From: an uncultured Saprospiraceae bacterium
GTDB taxonomy: Bacteria > Bacteroidota > Bacteroidia > Chitinophagales > Saprospiraceae
Reading direction: 5' to 3'
Assembly: GCA_937924035.1 (NCBI GenBank)
Contig: CALDTK010000083.1
Span: forward strand, 8,116 to 72,115
DNA: 64,000 nucleotides
Every line of letters begins with the position of its first letter. Position 1 is the stretch's first letter. The translations under genes and the position numbers were made by a program. The notes beneath the pieces were generated by a model. That model was not told the DNA's origin. It did not search any database and saw nothing but the letters and a program-made list of their open reading frames with translations. Below, in pieces: positions 18,900-26,615 of the stretch.

Positions 18900-19805
18900 A
18901 TGTCTTTTAATTTCTCAAAAGCGAGAGCTATTGTCGTACTACTAATCGCCAGCTTGCCCGGATTTGCTTGTAGTGTTTTGGAAGTAGACACGCTGGAAAA
19001 TGACCTAAAATCCACTCAGAATTCATCAAAAGAGCGGATAATCGTAACTGAAAAAACAAACACATTGAGCGACAATGCGTTCTCGCTGCAAGATCGAGTG
19101 AGCGCTAAGCCACCTACTACTCAGAAATGCGTTCTGATAATTCATGGTTTGAAGCGAAACGCGGTTTCAATGCGCAAATTGCACAAGGCGCTCGAAAACA
19201 ATGGTTACCTAACAATAGCCATTGACTATCCGTCCACCGAGTACAAGATTGAAGATTTAAGCCAGATCATATTTCCCAAAGCTATACGGATGTGTCGTAA
19301 CAATGGGGCAACTCTCATCCATCTAGTTGCCCATTCAATGGGAGGCATCATCGCAAGATACTACCTTAAATACAACAACGTGCCAGAACTAGGAAGATTT
19401 GTGATGTTAGCGCCTCCAAACCAGGGCAGTGAACTGATCAATTTTTATAGTAGGTTACCTGGTTTTAAAAGGTTTCTTGGACCGGCAGCAATGCAAATCG
19501 GGACCAACACGGAGAACAGTTTTCTGCAGACGCTGGGCCCGGTTACGGTTGATACTGCTGTAATCACTGCATCAAAGTCGAGTAACTGGTTAATGTCGAT
19601 GACTCTCCCTGGCCCTGATGATGGCAAGGTCACAGCCGCCAGTACACCAGTGCATGGTATGTGTGCCCAAGTGGTTCTACCTACATCACATAGAAGAATA
19701 GTAAAGGACGATGTAAGCGTTAATGAAATATTAGCCTACATCTCCACGGGAATGTTCCGGTCCGTTGAAGCTGTTTATCTCGACTGCGAAAAATCCGTCT
19801 ATTAG
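18900..19805 (+). CDS. alpha/beta-hydrolase lipoprotein (lipase/esterase-like)
   Basis: Lipobox LLIASLPGFAC. Oxyanion-region VLIIHGL. Nucleophile elbow AHSMGG. Confidence 0.7.
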   Translation: MSFNFSKARAIVVLLIASLPGFACSVLEVDTLENDLKSTQNSSKERIIVTEKTNTLSDNAFSLQDRVSAKPPTTQKCVLIIHGLKRNAVSMRKLHKALENNGYLTIAIDYPSTEYKIEDLSQIIFPKAIRMCRNNGATLIHLVAHSMGGIIARYYLKYNNVPELGRFVMLAPPNQGSELINFYSRLPGFKRFLGPAAMQIGTNTENSFLQTLGPVTVDTAVITASKSSNWLMSMTLPGPDDGKVTAASTPVHGMCAQVVLPTSHRRIVKDDVSVNEILAYISTGMFRSVEAVYLDCEKSVY

Positions 19806-20149
19806 TGACATGGAAAGGAAAACACTCCAGTCTATTGGGGCAATAGCTCGCAGTTTGACATGTTTCGTAATCTGTTCAATACACCTAAATTTCAATATTT
19901 CATGCATTCTTTATTTTGGCAACCGGATTTAACCAATACAATCTTCATAAGTTGAAATGGCGGATACAAAATGGAACAAAAAAGGGCTGCTCGATACGTA
20001 AATAGGTGTGTAGCCTTTCAAGTGTTGAATGGATAGTTGTAACCTTGTGACCATTCCGCAGATTAGTGAGAAGTATCACGTGTGGATTGTTCTGCATTGG
20101 TAGCCACTAGGTACTGCCCATAAGCTCAAACCAATAATAGGAGAATCGT

Positions 20150-21580
20150 GTGCCAAAGCTCTTTCAACATTTGGATGGTGCTGTAGCAGTGATGCTCACC
20201 GCCATCATCGGATCATTTGTTACCCCATCTTTTTTAACAGCAGATGAGCTACCTGTCGAGACTGCAAAGCTTACGGCCGCCCCGTCTGTACCACCTGTTA
20301 TCAATAGAGATAGCCCTGCTAAGGTGATCGTTAATCTCGATTCGATTGAGTTACAGGGAAAACTGGCTGACGGTGTGGATTATACATTCTGGACTTTTGG
20401 CGGCACTGTGCCTGGTAGCTTCATTCGTGTACGTGAGGGTGACGAGATTGAATTTCATTTAAACAATCACCCGTCCAGTAGGATGCCGCACAACATTGAC
20501 TTGCATGCGGTAACCGGCCCGGGCGGTGGTGCTACATCGTCATTTTCAGCCCCGGGCCATTCTTCAAAATTCTCATTTAAAGCACTGAATCCTGGATTAT
20601 ACGTGTACCACTGCGCGACGGCACCAGTGGGTATGCACATAGCGAATGGAATGTACGGATTGATTCTAGTTGAGCCGGAGAGCGGTTTGCCCGAAGTAGA
20701 TCGCGAATACTACGTGATGCAAAGCGAGTTTTACACGACTGGTGCCTATGGAGAGGAAGGTCTACAGCCGTTTGACATGCAAAAAGCATTGCTGGAAACC
20801 CCGGATTACGTTGTATTTAACGGGTCAGTCGGTAGTACCGTCGGGGACAAGGCCCTGAAAGCCGAGGTGGGCGAGACGGTCCGATTATTCGTTGGCAATG
20901 GTGGCCCGAATTTGATTTCATCGTTCCACGTCATCGGTGAAATATTTGACAAAGTCTATATTGAAGGTGGCACACTCACCAATGATAATGTTCAAACTAC
21001 GCTGATACCCGCAGGTGGAGCCGCCATCGTCGAATTCAAGGTAGATGTTCCCGGAACCTTCATAATGGTGGACCACTCAATTTTTCGTGCGTTCAACAAG
21101 GGAGCATTGGGGATGCTTGAGGTTAGTGGACCAGAAGACACGGCCGTATACACGGGAAAACAGGAAGATTCTATCTATCTACCTGAGGGAGGAGCACTAC
21201 AGAGTATAGCAGGCGGCGTTGCACCTGCCGCCACTATCGCTGAGAGTAAGGAGCAACGCGTCCAACTGGGTCAACGCATCTATGAGCAAAACTGCTCAGC
21301 TTGCCACCAACCGACAGGTCTCGGTATTCCTAACGCATTCCCACCACTTGCAGGTTCTGATTATCTGTTATCAGACCCAAGACGCTCTATCGAAGTATTA
21401 TTGGAAGGTCTGAGCGGCGAGGTGGTAGTTAACGGTGCAACCTATAACGGTGTTATGCCGGCGGTTAGTCTGAGCGATGAACAGGTTGCTAATGTGCTGA
21501 CCTATACATTGAACTCCTGGAATAACAACGGCGGAGAAATTACTCCGCTTGATGTTCAGGAAGTGCGATCATCTCACTAA
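20150..21580 (+). CDS. nirK: copper-containing nitrite reductase NirK with fused C-terminal cytochrome c domain
   Basis: GTG start 6 nt after AGGAG. Copper-ligand regions [13 protein letters not shown] and [21 protein letters not shown]-terminal about 100 aa carry CSACH plus a downstream Met (GVMPAV). Confidence 0.9.
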   Translation: MPKLFQHLDGAVAVMLTAIIGSFVTPSFLTADELPVETAKLTAAPSVPPVINRDSPAKVIVNLDSIELQGKLADGVDYTFWTFGGTVPGSFIRVREGDEIEFHLNNHPSSRMPHNIDLHAVTGPGGGATSSFSAPGHSSKFSFKALNPGLYVYHCATAPVGMHIANGMYGLILVEPESGLPEVDREYYVMQSEFYTTGAYGEEGLQPFDMQKALLETPDYVVFNGSVGSTVGDKALKAEVGETVRLFVGNGGPNLISSFHVIGEIFDKVYIEGGTLTNDNVQTTLIPAGGAAIVEFKVDVPGTFIMVDHSIFRAFNKGALGMLEVSGPEDTAVYTGKQEDSIYLPEGGALQSIAGGVAPAATIAESKEQRVQLGQRIYEQNCSACHQPTGLGIPNAFPPLAGSDYLLSDPRRSIEVLLEGLSGEVVVNGATYNGVMPAVSLSDEQVANVLTYTLNSWNNNGGEITPLDVQEVRSSH

Positions 21581-22440
21581 TGACATGTGTTTCAACACAA
21601 TGTAAAAGAACCGCCATGCTCACTGCAGGGCTGGCTTTAGTCTTCTCGGATTTTAACTTATTCGCTGCCTCTATCCAACAGGATATGGTGGTCATAGGCG
21701 GCGGTGAGTATAAGCCACTGTTTAACAACCCAACACTACCATCGCAAATAAAAGTAGAGAGTTACAACTTAGATCGCTACCTGGTAAGTAATGGTAAGTT
21801 TTCTTCGTTTATAACTGCACACCGACAATGGCGTAAATCAGAAGTAAAATCACTATTTGCTGACGAAAGGTATCTGCATCACTTTCCTAATGAGATAAAG
21901 CTTGAAAACACACTCTATGAAAAATCCAGTTCGTCCACTCTTGATTTTACGAATAGTTCTGAATCATGGCTTAATCAACCGGTAACTAATGTTTCGTGGT
22001 TTTCCGCTAGTGCATACTGTGCGAGTCAGGGCAAACGGCTACCAACTGTCTATGAATGGGAATATGCCGCTAGAGCGAGCAAAACAGAAATCGATGCCAC
22101 TAACAGTGTCGAACACCGCTCTCGCATACTAGAGTGGTACGGAACGTTAACAGGTAATGGATTGCCACCAGTGGCAGAGACGCCTGTTAATGTTTGGGGG
22201 GTTTATGGGATGCATGGTGTAGTGTGGGAAATGGTTGATGATTTTAACAGTGTCCTTGTTACTGGCGAATCTCGCGGTGATACACAACTGGAACGCAGTT
22301 TATTTTGCGGTGCTGGCGCTGCCTCCTCTACCAATCCATCAGACTATGCCGCCTTTATGCGTTACGCACTGCGGAGTAGCTACGAGGCAAACTATACGCT
22401 TGAAACCCTGGGTTTTCGGTGCGCAGGGGATCTAAATTAA
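21580..22440 (+). CDS. nirV: formylglycine-generating-enzyme (SUMF1) family protein, NirV-like
   Basis: ATG overlaps the nirK stop (TAATG). FGE/SUMF1-like motifs (VTNVSWFSASAYCASQGKRLPTVYEWEYAAR, GMHGVVWEMVDDF, GFRCAGDL). Position downstream of nirK. Confidence 0.75.
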   Translation: MTCVSTQCKRTAMLTAGLALVFSDFNLFAASIQQDMVVIGGGEYKPLFNNPTLPSQIKVESYNLDRYLVSNGKFSSFITAHRQWRKSEVKSLFADERYLHHFPNEIKLENTLYEKSSSSTLDFTNSSESWLNQPVTNVSWFSASAYCASQGKRLPTVYEWEYAARASKTEIDATNSVEHRSRILEWYGTLTGNGLPPVAETPVNVWGVYGMHGVVWEMVDDFNSVLVTGESRGDTQLERSLFCGAGAASSTNPSDYAAFMRYALRSSYEANYTLETLGFRCAGDLN

Positions 22441-22458
22441 CTAGGTGAGTGCTGAATT

Positions 22459-23046
22459 ATGATTGGCTATAAAATGAAAATAATGGCAGTGCTATTAGGC
22501 TGCTTATTTGCAATCAAAGGTTTTGGAACAGATGAATATCCTGAAAACTCTTTGTATCAACTCGAATCGAATTGGCAGACACATAATGCTGAAACTCTGT
22601 CTATCGCAGAGCTCTCGGGTCACTTACAGATAATGGCGTTCGTTTATACCTATTGCGAACATACCTGCCCTCTAATACTGGCTAAATTGAAGAGCATTGA
22701 GGCTTCGTTGCCAGAGGGATTAGTTGACCAAACTCGTTTTACACTTATCTCATTGGATCCAGAACGTGATACACCCGAAATACTCAAAGAGTATATGCTC
22801 GAACACAAACTTGATGAAAGTCGTTGGACCATGTTACACGCTGCTCCTGATAAGGTTCGGGAGATAGCCGCAGTTCTAGGTACCCGCTACCGTCCTATGG
22901 GACAGGACGACATCGCTCATTCAAATACGCTGACAATATTAGGTGCTGATGGTGTGGTAGTTCACCAGGCAAAAGGCCTTGGGGAGTCCAATAAGATGTT
23001 GATTGATGCTATTTTTAAACATAAGTTGACTATTACAGCTCAATAA
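22459..23046 (+). CDS. SCO1/SenC-family copper chaperone
   Basis: Thioredoxin-like protein with CEHTCP (CxxxCP) and a downstream His (DIAHSNT). Signal/anchor at the N-terminus. Confidence 0.8.
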   Translation: MIGYKMKIMAVLLGCLFAIKGFGTDEYPENSLYQLESNWQTHNAETLSIAELSGHLQIMAFVYTYCEHTCPLILAKLKSIEASLPEGLVDQTRFTLISLDPERDTPEILKEYMLEHKLDESRWTMLHAAPDKVREIAAVLGTRYRPMGQDDIAHSNTLTILGADGVVVHQAKGLGESNKMLIDAIFKHKLTITAQ

Positions 23047-23212
23047 TCAGAGACTATTCAACAGCGTGAAATTGACCGGTGGTGTCATAGGCGGTGTGAG
23101 TTGGCCCACCCACACGTACCACCTAATAACAATAGCCACTTCATTCTTATAACATATCCTCGTGTACTGAATGTGGGGTAGCCAGTTATCAAATAAGTAA
23201 GAGGCATCTACG

Positions 23213-24091
23213 ATGCGTAGGCGAATACAGGTTAGGGCGTATATCGCGACGATGTTGTACGTCCTAGTGACACTCGTTATATTAATTGGAGAAGTTTCCG
23301 CCGACTCCCTTTCAACTAACATACTTCATGATAAATGGAAATTTGAGTTTGGAGGTTTTAGTCAGAATGCGAAACTAAAAATCAGTGCCGGGCCAACGGG
23401 TGAAGTCCCGGATACACTAGACCTGAATACATTGGGTGCAAACGAGCATGATACATCTATCTGGCTTGCCGGCAGATGGCGTATAAACCGAAGATGGCAT
23501 TTAGGGTTAAGTTTTGTCGAAGTAGATCGTGTCGGTTTCTCGACTTCGACTGAGGATTTCGTTTTCGGTGAACCACCGGAAGAGGTCAATGTAACTATTG
23601 GTGCATCCGTCAACAGCGCATTCAACACGAGATATTATATCCTGCAAGGTGGGTACACGCTTGTTGAAACTAACCGTGCTAACTTCGGTATCGGTGCAGG
23701 TCTTCATGTTATGGACATGTCTGCCACTGTTGCAGCAGAAGTGGTGATAGACGGCGTTATAACCGATCTTGGCACAGGCACGTCAAATTCAACAGCACCG
23801 CTTCCTAATATCTACGTTTATGGTGAATACACTTTCACACCCAAGGTCGCGATGACGGGGACTGTCAGTTGGTTTGGTTTGCGGATTGGCCAATATGATG
23901 GTGAGTTAGTTTCGCTTAATGCAAACGTTGAGTATCGGCCATGGAAAAACATAGGCATAGGAATAGGGTACACTCAAGTCAATCTGAATCTGACAGTAGA
24001 CGGCGTCGATAGCACGCTCAATTTCGAAATCGATGCCTCTGGACCAAGAATATATCTAACCGCTAGCCTGGGTAATGTAGGACGAAGGTAG
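23213..24091 (+). CDS. hypothetical outer-membrane beta-barrel protein
   Basis: Signal/anchor present. Alternating hydrophobic beta-strand pattern (GIGAGLHVMDM, NIYVYGEYTF, IGIGIGYTQVNLNLTV). No family recognised. Confidence 0.5.
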   Translation: MRRRIQVRAYIATMLYVLVTLVILIGEVSADSLSTNILHDKWKFEFGGFSQNAKLKISAGPTGEVPDTLDLNTLGANEHDTSIWLAGRWRINRRWHLGLSFVEVDRVGFSTSTEDFVFGEPPEEVNVTIGASVNSAFNTRYYILQGGYTLVETNRANFGIGAGLHVMDMSATVAAEVVIDGVITDLGTGTSNSTAPLPNIYVYGEYTFTPKVAMTGTVSWFGLRIGQYDGELVSLNANVEYRPWKNIGIGIGYTQVNLNLTVDGVDSTLNFEIDASGPRIYLTASLGNVGRR

Positions 24092-24093
24092 CC

Positions 24094-24135
24094 GCAAGCG
24101 AGTTCGGTGTTTGAACTTGACGCTTGCCCTTTTTG
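24094..24135 (+). terminator. rho-independent terminator candidate
   Basis: GCAAGCGAGTTC-loop-GAACT(tga)CGCTTGC followed by CCTTTTTG, 3 nt after the stop at 24091. Confidence 0.55.
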
Positions 24136-24204
24136 TAGCGTTTAGAGTTTGTAGTTCGAAGCCACCCCGAGAGAGGTGACCTCCGATAAATTGAAAAACT
24201 AACC

Positions 24205-25134
24205 TTAGAATATCCCAAAGTCATATTTGTAAGTTGCCCTCAGTATGTTTTCCTCATCGGACGCTGTGTCGTCATCCACGAACTGATATTCAAAATACAT
24301 TAATGCGGCTTTATCGAGCTTCAGTGTGTGGCCTAAAGTGAAGAATTGAGGGTTATTGAGGCCGCTATCTCCTCGATTATAAACGGCATACGTGTCGCCA
24401 AACGAACCAGTGAGCGTAAGATTGCTAAAACTATCATTCAAATCGGCAAAATGCTTATTAGCCCGCTGGTACCCTAGTGCCAGACCAAGCGGTCCAATGT
24501 CACCTTTAACGATGCCACCAACCAATGTGCCTCCTTCGTCGACACCATCATCCGCCTGGACAGAAGTAGCGAGTCCGAATAACAGGCTGCCCGCGGTGTA
24601 GTTGAAGCCAATCTCGAATTGATCGACCGCATCATTACCATCATCTTCCGGATTTCCCTGCAGTGATGCGGAATAGCTCAAAGCGCCTGACTGCCCGTTG
24701 TACTTCAATACCCGGGTTTCACGGCCACACTCAAATTGGGTCCAACAACTTCCCCACCAGGCTATATCGGTATGGCCGGAGACCATATCGTAGAAGCTGG
24801 CGTATTGCGCTCCAATTTTTACGCTACCGAAATCAGCCTTTAATCCGCCCCATGCTTGCCTGGTGTTATCTATTCCAGAGAACCCACCCTCATTGCTGTC
24901 AGGGTTGAACCCAAACTCCAGGTAGCCAATTGCAGTGAGCTCATTTCCAATTTCATTCTCACCCGACCATATAACTCTGGATCCAAAATTACTAAAGGAG
25001 AAATCACTATCAACGGTTTCACTATCTACGAAGGTGGCACCAATTCGTAGACTAGCAGTTAAGTTGGTTGATGCCGCCATTGACAGCTGTGACACTGTAG
25101 CAGCGATGGTACTAATCAAGTATCGTTTCTTCAT
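24205..25134 (-). CDS. general porin (Gram-negative porin family)
   Basis: Signal peptide. Gly/Asp/Tyr-rich beta-strand pattern. C-terminal ...ATYKYDFGIF ends in an aromatic residue, as in trimeric porins. Confidence 0.75.
   Translation of the reverse strand: MKKRYLISTIAATVSQLSMAASTNLTASLRIGATFVDSETVDSDFSFSNFGSRVIWSGENEIGNELTAIGYLEFGFNPDSNEGGFSGIDNTRQAWGGLKADFGSVKIGAQYASFYDMVSGHTDIAWWGSCWTQFECGRETRVLKYNGQSGALSYSASLQGNPEDDGNDAVDQFEIGFNYTAGSLLFGLATSVQADDGVDEGGTLVGGIVKGDIGPLGLALGYQRANKHFADLNDSFSNLTLTGSFGDTYAVYNRGDSGLNNPQFFTLGHTLKLDKAALMYFEYQFVDDDTASDEENILRATYKYDFGIF
25104..25123. repeat. 20-nt direct repeat, copy 1 (inside the porin signal-peptide coding region)
   Basis: CGATGGTACTAATCAAGTAT matches 25221..25240 (CGATGGTTCTAATCAAGTAT) at 19 of 20 positions. 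Confidence 0.85.
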
Positions 25135-25220
25135 TCCGTTCTCTCCTTGTTTTCTTTGCTACTTTCCCTGGTGAATATTGGTCCCGCATTATTCACGAAA
25201 TTGATGGCACCTCGCTTGAT

Positions 25221-25240
25221 CGATGGTTCTAATCAAGTAT
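25221..25240. repeat. 20-nt direct repeat, copy 2 (porin 5' leader / intergenic)
   Basis: See copy 1. Lies 87-106 nt upstream of the porin ATG (25134). Confidence 0.85.
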
Positions 25241-25325
25241 TCCACGCGGACGCCAAGTTGCAATAATGGCAGGCAATTGTCTGCGCGATACGCTGACCAC
25301 CTCTTGAATGGTGTAGGACAGTGCG

Positions 25326-26606
25326 CTAGGGTTTTAACGACAAAATCCAGGTAGCAAGTTGTTTCGCTTGTTCATTATCCACGCTGGGGTTGGCTGGCAT
25401 AGGGATATCCCCCCAGATGCCTGTCCCACCAGCGATAATTTTTTCTGACAATAACTCTGTTGCTTCCGGGGTGTTGAAGTATTTCGCAGCAATATCATTA
25501 AAAGACGGCCCGACAAGTTTTTTGTCGACGCTATGACAGGCTAAACAATTGTTGGTTTTGGCAATTTTCTCCGCAGATTCTTGACCGGGAGCCGCCGCCG
25601 CTGTTGCTGCTACCGAATCCATTAGCACCAGTGATTTAGTGCAGCTGGGTAACCAGGTTTTCCAGATGTTACTGTTTTCACTGATCCAGCGATTGGCGGC
25701 TTCCTCCGGACTCATCTCATCGATCTCCGCCAGCGATGCTGCGGCGGCGAGTTGTCGGGTGCCAAGGTTAATTTTGCTTAACACTGCAAATGCACATGAC
25801 CATTTTTCCTGAAAACCACTCCAAGTTGCTTTTTTTAGCCACCCTTCAACAGGGTTGCCGCAATCATGCGTCAGGTTTGGGTTCAATCCCCAGCTTGCAT
25901 CGTTCTCACATTCAGGCGTATGTGCTGGGAACTCAACGAAGCTCCCTGGGTATTTTGTATCAACCCAATTGGGTGTCCAGTTCATTAGTAATATGGGGGT
26001 CTTTTTTTGCCAGGCCCTTTCCAGCTCCATCCACAATGTGGCGCTGTTGGGTACATTGACTACCGTGTAGTTAAGTTTCAAGGCTTCGATTCTTTCTCGA
26101 TCAGGGCGCTCCCAGTCCATGGGGCCAGCGAGATAACGACCGGCGGGCTCTGTTTCAGGTGTTGCCAGCGCATGGGCGCAATCGTTAAGCGCTTTCCAAT
26201 TTGGCAGTCCGGGGCAGATATCTATCATATACTCCGGATACCACCAGTCTTCACGCGTTTTGGCACGGTGAGTTCCGACACCCACCATACGCTGACGGCT
26301 TAACTGCTGATTGAATGATTCAGCCATCGTGCCTTCCCAAATTTCTACTTGCACATGAAGGTTACCATTGCCGATTGTTTGAAATTGTGTTTGTGTATCA
26401 GCAGGGTGAAACTCAACGTTGTAACCAATACGAGAGAGCAGGTTGCCCGTAACATGCGACAGCACTTGTTGGCTTGACCAGTTATTGATTGCTATTTTTA
26501 TCGGATCAGCTGACTCACCTGCAAATGTGCTTGGCGCAAGTTGCAAAATGGCGACAGCAATTAATGCGCGCAGGATGCATGCGTGGTGTTTGATCATTAG
26601 TTTCAT
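25326..26606 (-). CDS. ProX/OpuAC-like periplasmic substrate-binding domain fused to a C-terminal monoheme cytochrome c
   Basis: Signal peptide. Betaine-binding-protein-like body (NNWSSQQV, EIWEG, WWYPEY, LLMNWTPNWV). C-terminal CLACHSVDKKLVGPSFNDIAAKY...GIWGDIPMPAN resembles class I cytochrome c (c551/c552-like). Confidence 0.75.
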   Translation of the reverse strand: MKLMIKHHACILRALIAVAILQLAPSTFAGESADPIKIAINNWSSQQVLSHVTGNLLSRIGYNVEFHPADTQTQFQTIGNGNLHVQVEIWEGTMAESFNQQLSRQRMVGVGTHRAKTREDWWYPEYMIDICPGLPNWKALNDCAHALATPETEPAGRYLAGPMDWERPDRERIEALKLNYTVVNVPNSATLWMELERAWQKKTPILLMNWTPNWVDTKYPGSFVEFPAHTPECENDASWGLNPNLTHDCGNPVEGWLKKATWSGFQEKWSCAFAVLSKINLGTRQLAAAASLAEIDEMSPEEAANRWISENSNIWKTWLPSCTKSLVLMDSVAATAAAAPGQESAEKIAKTNNCLACHSVDKKLVGPSFNDIAAKYFNTPEATELLSEKIIAGGTGIWGDIPMPANPSVDNEQAKQLATWILSLKP

Positions 26607-26615
26607 GTTCGCTCC

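Noticed and set aside
19855-19868. Possible FNR/DNR box upstream of nirK (TTGACatgtTTCGT)
   Set aside because: Only the left half-site fits TTGAT/TTGAC. The right half (TTCGT) does not match ATCAA/GTCAA, so I do not call it a site.
25215-25237. Inverted repeat CTTGAT-N11-ATCAAG upstream of the porin, considered as a CRP/FNR-type site
   Set aside because: The 11-nt spacer is wrong for FNR (N4) or CRP (N6). The right arm is part of the 20-nt direct repeat reported separately.
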